Positions 8,598 to 17,627 of a stretch of 28,602 bases of DNA are shown here, one piece after another. A program made the translations under genes and the position numbers. How positions within the stretch are numbered: the first letter of the stretch is position 1; every line of letters begins with the position of its first letter. The notes under the pieces are model-generated. The model was not told where the DNA came from. It did no database searches and saw nothing but the letters and a program-made list of their open reading frames with translations. The stretch is from an uncultured Clostridia bacterium (GTDB lineage Bacteria; Bacillota; Clostridia; Oscillospirales; Oscillospiraceae), in contig CAMJHX010000001.1 in NCBI GenBank assembly GCA_946405655.1, positions 1 through 28,602 on the forward strand, read 5' to 3'.

Positions 8598-10436
8598 TCA
8601 AATGATATACGGAATCTGGAACACATACACGTTGCGGTATTTTTCCATGCGCTTGATCATGGTTTTCGTGGTCTGGTTGTGCAGCACGCGCGCCCAGCGA
8701 TTCTGCATCACGAGGTTCGGCATCATCACGGTCAGATGCTGGTGCTCGTCGAGCTTCGCGTGCTCGGCCTCGATGTGCCGCATGAGCACCTCCTCCGTGT
8801 TGCGGTAGTGCGTCACCTCATAGACGAAGTTCCCCTGCACGCCGAGGCGCTCGATCTGCGCCTTGAGCTTTATCGCGCTCTCCTCGTCGCTGCAGATGTG
8901 GTAGAACTCAATCTCGTCGAAGTCGAGATCCTTCGCGCAGTTGAGCACCTTCACGAACGAGCGGTTCACGTTCTGCACCGGCAGTATCAGCTTGCCCACG
9001 CGCCCGCGGCCCATGAGCGCGACGGCCTCCTCCGGAGAGCCGATGCGCAGATCGTCGCGCACCTTGTCATAGTGCTTCTTGATCGTCCGCATGAGCCACA
9101 CGAGCAGGATGATGCACACCAGCGTCACCCACGCGCCCTGCAGGAATTTCATCATCACGATGATCACGAGCGTGATGCCGGTGATGATCGTGCCGAAGCC
9201 GTTGACGAAGGCCTTCGTCTTCCAGCCAGAGCCGCGGTTTCGCACCCAGTGGAGCACCATGCCGAGCTGACTTAACAGGAAGGAGAGGAACACGCCGGCT
9301 GCATAGAGCGGCAGCAGCAGATGCTGGTCGCCGTTGAAGGCGATCACGAGGATCGCGGCGGAGGCAAAGAGGAAGAGAATGCCGTTGGAGAAGTTCAGGC
9401 GGCTGCCGCGATAGATCAGCTGGCGGGGGAGATAGCCGTCCTGGGCCATGAGCGCCATGAGAAGCGGCAGACCGGCAAAGGCGGTGTTTGCGGCCAATGT
9501 CAGAATCACGACGGTCATGACCTGCACGACGTAGTAGAGCGCGCTGCCGCTGCCGAAGACGGCCTCAGCCAGCTGGCTCACCGCCGTGGCCTCCTCATTC
9601 GGCACGATGCGGTACATGCTGATCAGCACGCTCACGCCGAAGAACACGATGCATACAAAGCCCGCCATGGCGTAGAGCACCTTCTTGGCGTTCTTCGGCG
9701 CAGGCTCGCGGAAGTTCGGCACGCCGTTCGAGACGGCCTCCACGCCGGTCAGCGCCGTGCAGCCCGAGGCAAAGGCGCGCAGAATCACAAACAGCAGCAT
9801 GTCCTTCGAGCTCGAGGCAGCGATGGCGGCCTCCTGCGGCGTATAGCTTCCGGACGCATAGCGCACAATACCTACGACAATCAGCGTCAGCATCGTGAAG
9901 ATGAAGAGATAGGTCGGCACGCCGAACATGACCGCGCTCTCGCGCAGCCCGCGCAGATTGCCCCACGTCAGCAGCGCGATGAGGATCAGCGCGATCAGCG
10001 CCTTCCACTTCAGGAGCTCCGGAAACGCGCTCGTCACCGCCGCGGCGCCCGCGCAGGCGCTCACGGCGACGGTTAAGATGTATCCGATGATCAATGCCGC
10101 GCCCGCAACGAGTCCCGGCGTCTCGCCTAGATTGTCCGTCGCCACGATATAGGCGCCGCCGCCCTGCGGATAGGCGTCGATCGTCTGTCGGTAGCAGAAC
10201 ACCAGAATCCCGAGCAGGCCGATGATCGCCGCCACGATGGGGAGGAAGGTCTTGTAGGACGCCATGCCCAGCACCGGGATCAGCACCAAAAGAATCTCCT
10301 CGCCCGCGTAGCTCACCGAGGAGATCGCGTCGCTCGCAAAGACCGGAATGCCCCACAGAATGTTGAATTTCTCGTCGCTCAGCTTGGAGTCCTCCAGCCG
10401 CTTGCCGAGGAAAAACGTGCGAAGCCGTTCTTTCAT
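8598..10436 (-). CDS. kimA: APC-family K+ transporter, KimA/YdaO type
   Basis: Start MKERLRTFFLGK; FASDAISSVSYAGEEIL, YPQGGGAY, ALTGVEAVSNGV, LAANTAFAG, PLYAAGVF, cytosolic domain with LHNQT; preceded by c-di-AMP riboswitch. Confidence 0.9.
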   Translation of the reverse strand: MKERLRTFFLGKRLEDSKLSDEKFNILWGIPVFASDAISSVSYAGEEILLVLIPVLGMASYKTFLPIVAAIIGLLGILVFCYRQTIDAYPQGGGAYIVATDNLGETPGLVAGAALIIGYILTVAVSACAGAAAVTSAFPELLKWKALIALILIALLTWGNLRGLRESAVMFGVPTYLFIFTMLTLIVVGIVRYASGSYTPQEAAIAASSSKDMLLFVILRAFASGCTALTGVEAVSNGVPNFREPAPKNAKKVLYAMAGFVCIVFFGVSVLISMYRIVPNEEATAVSQLAEAVFGSGSALYYVVQVMTVVILTLAANTAFAGLPLLMALMAQDGYLPRQLIYRGSRLNFSNGILFLFASAAILVIAFNGDQHLLLPLYAAGVFLSFLLSQLGMVLHWVRNRGSGWKTKAFVNGFGTIITGITLVIIVMMKFLQGAWVTLVCIILLVWLMRTIKKHYDKVRDDLRIGSPEEAVALMGRGRVGKLILPVQNVNRSFVKVLNCAKDLDFDEIEFYHICSDEESAIKLKAQIERLGVQGNFVYEVTHYRNTEEVLMRHIEAEHAKLDEHQHLTVMMPNLVMQNRWARVLHNQTTKTMIKRMEKYRNVYVFQIPYII

Positions 10437-10469
10437 TTTTCCATTGTCTCCGTTTCTGCTTTCGCGGGA

Positions 10470-10499
10470 AACAAAAAAGCGCCGTCTCATCGACAGCGC
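10470..10499 (-). terminator. Expression-platform terminator of the c-di-AMP riboswitch
   Basis: Minus strand GCGCTGTC-GATGA-GACGGCGC-TTTTTT between aptamer and RBS. Confidence 0.75.
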
Positions 10500-10540
10500 A
10501 AAAGAGCCATGCAAACTGCGGGCGCACTGCGCCCTTGTCC

Positions 10541-10657
10541 CTCTTACGCTGACGAGATTAGCTGTCGGGTTCGGGGAAGAAGGTCCCCTACTGCATGAGC
10601 AGATGCACCCCAAAGTTCGGGTCTCCCGCTGCCGCCTCCGGCGGCATTAAGCATCTT
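10541..10657 (-). ncRNA. c-di-AMP (ydaO/yuaA) riboswitch
   Basis: Minus strand GCTTAAT...AGCGGGAGACCC...TTGGGGTGCATC...GTAGGG...CCCGAACCCGACAGCTAATCTCGTCAGCGT follows the ydaO consensus; upstream of kimA. Confidence 0.93.
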
Positions 10658-10659
10658 TC

Positions 10660-10688
10660 AATATAAACTTGTGTCACTTTCCTGTCAA
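10660..10688 (-). promoter_or_regulatory. Sigma-A promoter of the riboswitch-kimA transcript
   Basis: TTGACA-17 nt-TATATT. Confidence 0.8.
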
Positions 10689-10822
10689 TGTACGATTTGC
10701 ACAAAACTGTCTGGTTTCTGCACTGAGAGCAATTTACCGGACATATTTTGCGGAATGCGTCTAACTTGTCAAAAATAAAAAATAGTAAAAATCTGCGACG
10801 AACGGCACACTTTGTAAAATTG

Positions 10823-10858
10823 GACACTGTTGACAAGTGTCACAATTGATGCTATTTT
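10823..10858 (+). promoter_or_regulatory. tetR promoter with overlapping inverted repeat (candidate operator)
   Basis: TTGACA(10830)-17 nt-TATTTT with TG; GACACT-N7-AGTGTC brackets the -35. Confidence 0.55.
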
Positions 10859-10964
10859 TTGAACAGATTTGGCGATATTGAGCAGTTAACTCCCCGCTCT
10901 TATCGTCAATTATCGTTGCAATCTTCTATTTGGTTTAAACGGAGAAAGAAAGGGAGGACGCCGC

Positions 10965-11480
10965 ATGAAAGACCGGACAAAGCTGGCGCTGGCGAAGGCG
11001 CTGCAGGAGCTCCTGAATACAAAATCGCTCGATGAGGTCCGCGTGAGCGAGCTGTGCAGCCGCTGCAATCTCCAGCGGCAGAGCTTCTATTATCACTTTC
11101 AGGATAAGTATGATCTGGTGGCATGGATCTTTATGCAGGATACCAGCCGCGTCTTTGCCGAGTGCGGCAGCCAGCTGAACCTGCAGTTTTTGTCGAGCCT
11201 GCTCAACACGTTCTATGATAAAAAGCAGTTCTATCTCCGCATCATCGCCGATCGCTCGCAGAATCTGCCGCTGCTCTATATTCAGGACTATGTCTATCGC
11301 TTCTGCCTGAACCGGTATCAGAAGCGCGACCATACCTATGAGCTCAAGGCCAAGGTCAAGTTTCTGGTCTACGGCAGCATCGGCGTCGTCTGGGAGTGGC
11401 TGGGAGGCGAGCACGATTTCACGTCCGACGAGCTTGCGCAGTGGATGTTTGACATGATCCCGCCTGACATGAAAAGCTGA
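10965..11480 (+). CDS. TetR/AcrR-family transcriptional regulator
   Basis: N-terminal HTH VRVSELCSRCNLQRQSFYYHFQDKYDL; GGGAGG RBS. Confidence 0.92.
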   Translation: MKDRTKLALAKALQELLNTKSLDEVRVSELCSRCNLQRQSFYYHFQDKYDLVAWIFMQDTSRVFAECGSQLNLQFLSSLLNTFYDKKQFYLRIIADRSQNLPLLYIQDYVYRFCLNRYQKRDHTYELKAKVKFLVYGSIGVVWEWLGGEHDFTSDELAQWMFDMIPPDMKS

Positions 11481-11502
11481 AAACAAAATCCGATGAACTG
11501 AG

Positions 11503-11536
11503 AATCCCCGACGGTTTTTCCGTCGGGGATTTTTGT
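11503..11536 (+). terminator. Intrinsic terminator after tetR
   Basis: AATCCCCGACGG-TTTTT-CCGTCGGGGATT followed by a T run. Confidence 0.88.
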
Positions 11537-11580
11537 GCTTTTTTCACGGAAAAGAATTGCGGAAATCACCGAATTTTCAC

Positions 11581-11609
11581 TTGCCTTTTCCCTGAAAACA
11601 CGGTATACT
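11581..11609 (+). promoter_or_regulatory. Promoter of the dcw cluster
   Basis: TTGCCT-17 nt-TATACT. Confidence 0.75.
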
Positions 11610-11618
11610 AACATCAAA

Positions 11619-11643
11619 GTGGGGTGAAATGGGGGAAAGTGCA
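11619..11643 (+). promoter_or_regulatory. MraZ-binding repeats
   Basis: GTGGG(11619), ATGGG(11629), GTGCA(11639) at 10-bp period downstream of the -10, as known for MraZ autorepression. Confidence 0.75.
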
Positions 11644-11703
11644 TCCAAATACCACGATGCAGCTTTTCCGGACCCGCAAATGCCGCCGGAGGGAGGGAAG
11701 AGC

Positions 11704-12120
11704 ATGACCGGCACCTATCAACATACGCTGGACGCCAAGGGCCGTCTGTTCATCCCGTCCAAGCTCCGCGAGGAGCTCGGCGACACGTTCTATGTCACCA
11801 TCTCGCGCGAGCCCTGCCTCTGCGCGTATAACGAGGCGAACTGGCAGCGCCTGTGCGACAAGGCCAACGAGCTGCCCTATTCGCTGCAGAGCAAGCTCCG
11901 TCCCATGTTCGCCAACGCCGCGAAGGTCGAGCTCGATGCGCAGGGACGCATCCTCCTCACGCAGACGCTGCGCGATACGATCCGGCTCGGCAGGGAAGTG
12001 ACCGTCGTCGGCACGAACAACCACGCCGAGTTCTGGAACAAGGCCGAGTGGGACAAGATCAGCGCCATTGAGAGCGCGCCGGAGAACATCGCCGCCGTCA
12101 TGGACGAGCTTGGGTTTTAA
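11704..12120 (+). CDS. mraZ: Division/cell-wall cluster transcriptional repressor MraZ
   Basis: MTGTYQHTLDAKGRLFIP; ELDAQGRILL; VVGTNNHAEFWN; ATG 11704 behind GGAGGGAGG. Confidence 0.95.
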   Translation: MTGTYQHTLDAKGRLFIPSKLREELGDTFYVTISREPCLCAYNEANWQRLCDKANELPYSLQSKLRPMFANAAKVELDAQGRILLTQTLRDTIRLGREVTVVGTNNHAEFWNKAEWDKISAIESAPENIAAVMDELGF

Positions 12121-12123
12121 GCT

Positions 12124-13056
12124 ATGGAACCGAAACATATATCCGTTCTTCTGAATGAGTGCATCGAAGCGCTCGCAATCAAGCCCGACGGCATTTACGT
12201 CGACGGGACGCTCGGCCTCGGCGGGCATTCCTCTGAGATCGCAAAGCGGCTTACGACGGGGCTGCTCATCGGCATCGACCGCGATGAGACCGCCATCGAG
12301 CGCGCCGGCGCGAGACTTCAGCCGTACGGCGAGCGCGTCCGGCTCGTGCACGGCAACTTCTCCGACGTTGCCTCCATTCTCGACCGCCTCGGCATCGACG
12401 CCGTGGACGGCATGCTCTTCGATCTCGGCGTCTCCTCGCCGCAGCTCGATGAGGCGCACCGCGGCTTTTCCTATATGCAGGACGCGCCGCTCGATATGCG
12501 CATGGACGGCAGCGCAAGCCTGTCCGCCCACGATGTGGTGAACACCTGGCCGGAGGATCGGCTGAAGCGGATTCTGTATGACTACGGCGAGGAGCGCTTC
12601 GCGCCCCGCATCGCCGCCGCCATCGTCCGCGCCCGGCAGGAGAGACCGATCGAAACGACGCTCGAGCTGGTGGAGATCATCCGCTCCGCCATGCCTGCCG
12701 CCGCGCTGCGCGAAAAGCAGCACCCGGCAAAGCGCTCGTTTCAGGCGATCCGCATTGCAGTGAACGACGAGCTCGGCGCCGTGCAGACCATGATGGACAC
12801 CGCGCCCGACAAGCTTCGTCCCGGCGGACGCCTCGCCGTCATCAGCTTCCACTCGCTGGAGGACCGCATCGTCAAAAACGGCATTCGCCGCCGTGAGGAC
12901 GGCTGCACCTGCCCGCGCGATTTCCCCGTGTGCACCTGCGGCTTTGTCCAGACGCTCAAGAGCGTCTCCCGCAAGCCGATCCTCCCGTCTCCGGAGGAAC
13001 AGGCTGCCAACCCGAGAGCCAGAAGCGCGAAATTAAGGGTTGCAGAACATGTCTGA
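12124..13056 (+). CDS. rsmH: 16S rRNA (cytosine1402-N4)-methyltransferase
   Basis: HISVLLNE, DGTLGLGGHS, DLGVSSPQLD, RGFSY, SFHSLEDRIVK, NPRARSAKLR. Confidence 0.97.
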   Translation: MEPKHISVLLNECIEALAIKPDGIYVDGTLGLGGHSSEIAKRLTTGLLIGIDRDETAIERAGARLQPYGERVRLVHGNFSDVASILDRLGIDAVDGMLFDLGVSSPQLDEAHRGFSYMQDAPLDMRMDGSASLSAHDVVNTWPEDRLKRILYDYGEERFAPRIAAAIVRARQERPIETTLELVEIIRSAMPAAALREKQHPAKRSFQAIRIAVNDELGAVQTMMDTAPDKLRPGGRLAVISFHSLEDRIVKNGIRRREDGCTCPRDFPVCTCGFVQTLKSVSRKPILPSPEEQAANPRARSAKLRVAEHV

Positions 13057-13068
13057 ATGTAGTATTAT
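13040..13068 (+). promoter_or_regulatory. Internal promoter upstream of ftsL
   Basis: TTGCAG-17 nt-TATTAT in an AT-rich junction. Confidence 0.55.
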
Positions 13069-13106
13069 GTAAACAGTAAATCACGATTTGGAAAGGAGCG
13101 GCAGAT

Positions 13107-13661
13107 ATGGCACAGCCTCAACAGCCTCGGCGCAGACGCACCCCCGTCATGCCAGACAGCATGGCCTATGATTTGTCGCGCCCCAGTCAGGATACCATGC
13201 GGTACAGCACCGCAGCCCCCGAGCTTCAGCCGAAGCCAAAGCAGAAGACCCGTCCGCAGGCACAGCCGGCGCTTCGCCCGAGATTCCGCGTGATGGCCGT
13301 CGCGCCGACGGCGATCGTCCTCTTCCTCATGGCGCTGGTGGTCTGGACGCTGTCGCTGCAGGTCCGCACGCAGATCACGCAGGCACAGCAGGAGGTCTAC
13401 CGCCTCGAGAGCGAGCTGCGCGCCGTGGAGCAGGTGCAGGACGAGCTCGAGATCGAATACGAATCCGCCTTCAACTTCACCAAGCTGGAGGACTACGCTG
13501 TCACCACGCTCGGCATGCAGCGTCCGCGTGATGAACAGATCTATTTCCTCTCTCACGAGAGCGAGGATCACGCCGTCGCCGTTCTGGAGCGCTCCCGCTC
13601 CAACGGATTCATCGACCGGCTCGATGATGTCCTCTCCGATCTCCTGGCATATTTCCGTTGA
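13107..13661 (+). CDS. ftsL: Cell division protein FtsL-like (bitopic, coiled coil)
   Basis: Position between rsmH and PBP; basic cytoplasmic N-terminus, one TM helix, coiled coil, LEDYAVTTLGMQRP; AAAGGAG RBS. Confidence 0.7.
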   Translation: MAQPQQPRRRRTPVMPDSMAYDLSRPSQDTMRYSTAAPELQPKPKQKTRPQAQPALRPRFRVMAVAPTAIVLFLMALVVWTLSLQVRTQITQAQQEVYRLESELRAVEQVQDELEIEYESAFNFTKLEDYAVTTLGMQRPRDEQIYFLSHESEDHAVAVLERSRSNGFIDRLDDVLSDLLAYFR

Positions 13662-13686
13662 CAGCCGTGATATAATGCTTTAGGTT
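13658..13686 (+). promoter_or_regulatory. Overlapping promoter elements upstream of the PBP gene
   Basis: TTGACA(13658)-17 nt-TAGGTT(13681), with TGa-TATAAT(13671) inside the spacer. Confidence 0.55.
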
Positions 13687-13726
13687 TTAGATCGTTGATG
13701 ACCCATTCCCTCGGAAGGAGCGTTTC

Positions 13727-16129
13727 ATGGCAGTGCAACCCACCGGGCGCGCAAGCACCCAGAGAGCCGATAACACAATGATCAGCCGCACACGATGGAT
13801 TTTCTTAGTGTGCGGCATTGCCGCTTTTATACTCCTTCTCGGACGGCTTGGTTATCTCATGATTTTCAAGCAGGATTATTATGAGCAGCAGGCGATTCAG
13901 CAGACGGTTGTCCGGCAGAATGTGCTCGCCCTGCGCGGCACAATTCTGGACTCCAACGGCAAGATCCTTGCCAAGAGCGCCACGAAGGACACCGTCATTC
14001 TCTCCCCGGCGGACATTGTGAAAAACGACTGGGATCTCGACGGCATCGCCCGCGTCCTGGCGGACAATCTCGCGGATTACGGCGTGACCTATGAGCAGGT
14101 CATGTCGCTTGCGCAGGATCAGGATTCCTATTACAAAATCGTCGCCCGCAAGGTCGACCGCTCCGACACCGAGCCCATCCGCGAATATAAAAACGCGAAC
14201 AAGGGCTGCAACGGCATCGTCCTCTCGCCCGACTCCAAGCGCTATTATCCCTACGGCGATCTCGCCGCGCATGTGCTCGGCTATGTCGGCATCGACAACG
14301 ACGGGCTTGCCGGCATCGAGAGCCAGTATGACAATGTCCTCGCCGGCGGCATGGGCCGCGTCACGCGCCTTTCGGACAAAAGCTCCATCGGCATGCTGAA
14401 CATCAAGTACGAGGATTACACCAAGGAGACAGCGGGCGCCGACGTCAAGGTCACGCTCGACGCGAACATCCAGTATTACCTCGAAAAGAACCTCAAGCAG
14501 GCGGTCGAGGATTATGATATCCTCAACGGCGCCGCCGCCATCGCCATGGACCCGCACACCGGCGCCATCAAGGGCATGGTCTCGCTCGGCAATTTCGATC
14601 CCAACGACTATCAGGCGCTCACCGAGGATACCGAGGCGCGTCTCGAGGAGACGATCGAGGACGGCGTCGTCGAGGAGGAGGACGAGGAAGGAAACCCCGT
14701 CAAAACCCGCAAATATACCGACAAGGAGATCGAGGAGCTGCGCACGGACGCCATGTTCCGCCAGTGGCGCAACAAGGCGCTGTCTGATACCTATGAGCCC
14801 GGCTCCACGTTCAAGATCATCACGCTCGCCATGGCGCTCGAGGAGGGCGTTGTGAGCGAGGATACGCACTTTTTCTGCGGCGGCAGCACCGAGGTGCTCG
14901 GCCGCACCACGCCGCTCAACTGCTGGCGCACCGCCGGCCACGGCGACCAGACGCTCACGCAGGCCGTGCAGCACTCCTGCAACGTCGCCTTTGTCGACAT
15001 CGGCCAGCGCGTCGGCGCGCGCACCTTCTATCGCTATTGCGACGCCTTTGGCTTCCTCAATCTCACGCAGGACGCCGACGCCACGCTCACCGCGCGCACG
15101 GGCGTCGACCTCGCGGGCGAGAGCGGCAGCATCTGGTGGAGCCAGAACACGTTCTTCAACCCCGAGAACCTCTCGCAGCTCGCCTCCGCCTCCTTCGGCC
15201 AGACGTTCACCGTCACGCCCCTGCAGATGATCACGGCGATCAGCGCCTGCGTCAACGGCGGATACCTCATGAAGCCCTATGTCGTGCAGGAGATCACGGA
15301 CGCCTCCGGCCGCATCGTTGAGTCGAATGAGCCCACCGTCGTCCGTCAGGTCGTCAGCGAGGAGACCAGCGCCGAGGTGCGCAAGATCCTCGAGCAGGTC
15401 GTCTCCGACCCCGTGGACGGCACGGGACATAACGCCTACGTCGCCGGCTACCGCATCGGCGGCAAGACCGGCACCAGCGAAAAGGTCGCGCAGGACGCCG
15501 CCGGCGGCCCGAAGGAATATATCGTCTCCTTCGCCGGCGTCGCTCCGGCGGACGATCCGCGCCTCGTCATCCTCGTCCTGCTCGATACCCCGAGCAGCGA
15601 GACCGGCATGTACATCTCCGGCGGTCAGATGGGCGCGCCCACGGTCGCGGGCATGTTTGCCGATATTCTCCCGTATCTCGGCGTCGAGCCGCAGTATACG
15701 GCGGCGGAAAAGCAGTTCATGGATCAGGTCGTGCCGAACATCACCGGCATGACCGTGGAGGAGGCCACGAACCTCCTCGCGCAGCGCGGCTTCAATGTGC
15801 GCGTGCTCGGCGAGGGCGGACGCGTCACGCGTCAGCTTCCCGGCACCGGCGCCATGATCGCCACCGGCAGCGCCGTGCTGCTCTATACCGATGTAGAGCC
15901 CTCCGAGGATCTCGAGGAGATGCCCGATCTCTCGTATCTCACCTATCGCGACGCGCGCGACGTGCTCGCGGGCATGGGCCTCTTCGTGACCACGAGCAGC
16001 TCCGTCACCAGTCCCGAGACGCAGAGCGTCCTCTCCCAGAACATCCCCGAGGGTACCGAGGTCGAGCACGGTACCGTCGTCAAGGTCACATTGGTCACGA
16101 CCGATTCCAGCATGCTCGGCCAGTATTAA
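13727..16129 (+). CDS. Class B penicillin-binding protein (FtsI/SpoVD type) with C-terminal PASTA domains
   Basis: N-terminal TM, RGTILDSNG, RYYPYG, SxxK (PGSTFK), SxN (HSCN), KTG (GKTGTS), two PASTA-like repeats (VVPNITGMT.., MPDLSYLT..). Confidence 0.93.
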   Translation: MAVQPTGRASTQRADNTMISRTRWIFLVCGIAAFILLLGRLGYLMIFKQDYYEQQAIQQTVVRQNVLALRGTILDSNGKILAKSATKDTVILSPADIVKNDWDLDGIARVLADNLADYGVTYEQVMSLAQDQDSYYKIVARKVDRSDTEPIREYKNANKGCNGIVLSPDSKRYYPYGDLAAHVLGYVGIDNDGLAGIESQYDNVLAGGMGRVTRLSDKSSIGMLNIKYEDYTKETAGADVKVTLDANIQYYLEKNLKQAVEDYDILNGAAAIAMDPHTGAIKGMVSLGNFDPNDYQALTEDTEARLEETIEDGVVEEEDEEGNPVKTRKYTDKEIEELRTDAMFRQWRNKALSDTYEPGSTFKIITLAMALEEGVVSEDTHFFCGGSTEVLGRTTPLNCWRTAGHGDQTLTQAVQHSCNVAFVDIGQRVGARTFYRYCDAFGFLNLTQDADATLTARTGVDLAGESGSIWWSQNTFFNPENLSQLASASFGQTFTVTPLQMITAISACVNGGYLMKPYVVQEITDASGRIVESNEPTVVRQVVSEETSAEVRKILEQVVSDPVDGTGHNAYVAGYRIGGKTGTSEKVAQDAAGGPKEYIVSFAGVAPADDPRLVILVLLDTPSSETGMYISGGQMGAPTVAGMFADILPYLGVEPQYTAAEKQFMDQVVPNITGMTVEEATNLLAQRGFNVRVLGEGGRVTRQLPGTGAMIATGSAVLLYTDVEPSEDLEEMPDLSYLTYRDARDVLAGMGLFVTTSSSVTSPETQSVLSQNIPEGTEVEHGTVVKVTLVTTDSSMLGQY

Positions 16130-16166
16130 AGAAGAAAGATCTACAAAAGACAGGAGGAATACCCGC

Positions 16167-17627
16167 ATGAAGCTCAAAGAACTCCTGCGCGAGACCGCTG
16201 TGCTTTCCTGCACCGCGGACCCGGAGCTTGAGATCCGGGGCGTCAGCTTCAATTCCCGCACGACGCAGCCCGGCGACCTCTTCGTCGCCGTCAAGGGCTA
16301 TGAGTCCGACGGGCACCGCTTCATCCCCATGGCGCTCGAGAAAGGCGCCGTCGCCGTCCTCTGCGAGGACGTGCCGGAAGGGGAGGGGCCTTACATTCAA
16401 ACGAAGGACAGCCGTCTGGCGCTCGCCGAGGTCAGCTGCGTCTGGTTCGGTCATCCGTCCCGGGAGCTGACCATGATCGGCGTCACCGGCACGAACGGCA
16501 AGACCACCGTCACCACGCTCTTAAAGCATGTGCTCGAGCAGACGCTCGGCGCGAAGGTCGGTCTCATCGGCACGAACGCCAACCTCATCGGCGATGAAGT
16601 GCTCCACACCGACCGCACCACGCCCGACGCCTATTCCCTGCAGGAGCTGCTGCGCCGCATGGCGGACGCGGGCTGCACCCACGTCGTCATGGAGGTCTCC
16701 TCCCACGCGCTGTATCTCGACCGCGTGGCGGGTATTCATTTCGCCGTCGGCGTCTTCACGAACCTCACGCAGGATCATCTCGATTTCCACAAGACCATGG
16801 AGGCCTATGCCGAGGCGAAATCGATCCTCTTCACGCGCTGTGACCACGGCGTCATGAATCTGGATGATTCCTGGATGCCGTTTCTGCGCGAGCGCGCGTC
16901 CTGCCCGGTCAAAACCGTCTCCACGCAGGACAATCACGCCGATTTCGTCGCCAAGGACATCCGCCTCACGGCGGAGGGCGTGCGCTTCATGCTCGTCTCC
17001 GAGCAGGGGCTGCACCGCGTCACGCTCGGCATCCCCGGGCTCTTCTCCGTGTATAATGCACTGAGCGTGCTCGCCGCGGCTGCTGCCGTCGGCATCTCCC
17101 CGGACGCCTGCGTCGAAGCGCTCGCCACGGCCGATAGCGTCAAGGGCCGCGCCGAGCTCGTCCCGACCGACGGAGATTATTCGATCCTGATCGACTACGC
17201 CGTCACGCCCGATGCGGTGGAGAATATCCTGAACACCGTTCGCGCCTTCACGAAGGGCAGACTGGTCTTCCTCTTCGGCTGCGGCGGCGACCGCGACCGG
17301 CTCAAGCGCCCGATCATGGGCCGCATCGCCGGCGAGAAGGCGGACTTCGTCATCGTCACGAGCGATAACCCCCGCACCGAGGACCCGATGGCGATCATCA
17401 ATGAGATCCTGCCCGGGCTCAAAAAGACGCACACCTCCTATGTCGTCAAGCCCGACCGGCGCGACGCGATTCGCTATGCCATTGAAAACCACCGCTCCGG
17501 CGATGTGATCATCCTCTGCGGCAAGGGCCACGAGGATTATCAGATCATCGGTCATGAAAAAATCCACATGGATGAACGCGAGATCGTCGCGGAAATCCTG
17601 GCCAAGAGGAAGGAACAGCAGATATGA
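16167..17627 (+). CDS. murE: UDP-MurNAc-dipeptide--meso-diaminopimelate ligase
   Basis: GVTGTNGKTT, MEVSSH, FTNLTQDHLDFH, FGCGGDRD, SDNPR (DAP-specific motif), GKGHE. Confidence 0.96.
   Translation: MKLKELLRETAVLSCTADPELEIRGVSFNSRTTQPGDLFVAVKGYESDGHRFIPMALEKGAVAVLCEDVPEGEGPYIQTKDSRLALAEVSCVWFGHPSRELTMIGVTGTNGKTTVTTLLKHVLEQTLGAKVGLIGTNANLIGDEVLHTDRTTPDAYSLQELLRRMADAGCTHVVMEVSSHALYLDRVAGIHFAVGVFTNLTQDHLDFHKTMEAYAEAKSILFTRCDHGVMNLDDSWMPFLRERASCPVKTVSTQDNHADFVAKDIRLTAEGVRFMLVSEQGLHRVTLGIPGLFSVYNALSVLAAAAAVGISPDACVEALATADSVKGRAELVPTDGDYSILIDYAVTPDAVENILNTVRAFTKGRLVFLFGCGGDRDRLKRPIMGRIAGEKADFVIVTSDNPRTEDPMAIINEILPGLKKTHTSYVVKPDRRDAIRYAIENHRSGDVIILCGKGHEDYQIIGHEKIHMDEREIVAEILAKRKEQQI

Noticed and set aside
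10437-10613. N-terminal extension of kimA shown in the ORF track
   Set aside because: Runs through the riboswitch aptamer and terminator; the RBS and homology favour ATG 10436.
11629-11703. Upstream start for mraZ
   Set aside because: Overlaps the MraZ-binding repeats; the real RBS precedes ATG 11704.
13805-16294. 829-aa minus-strand ORF (similar ones at 5431-6708, 16521-17630, 18619-19989, 23087-24268)
   Set aside because: Antisense shadows of well-supported genes, produced by GC3 codon bias; no expression signals.
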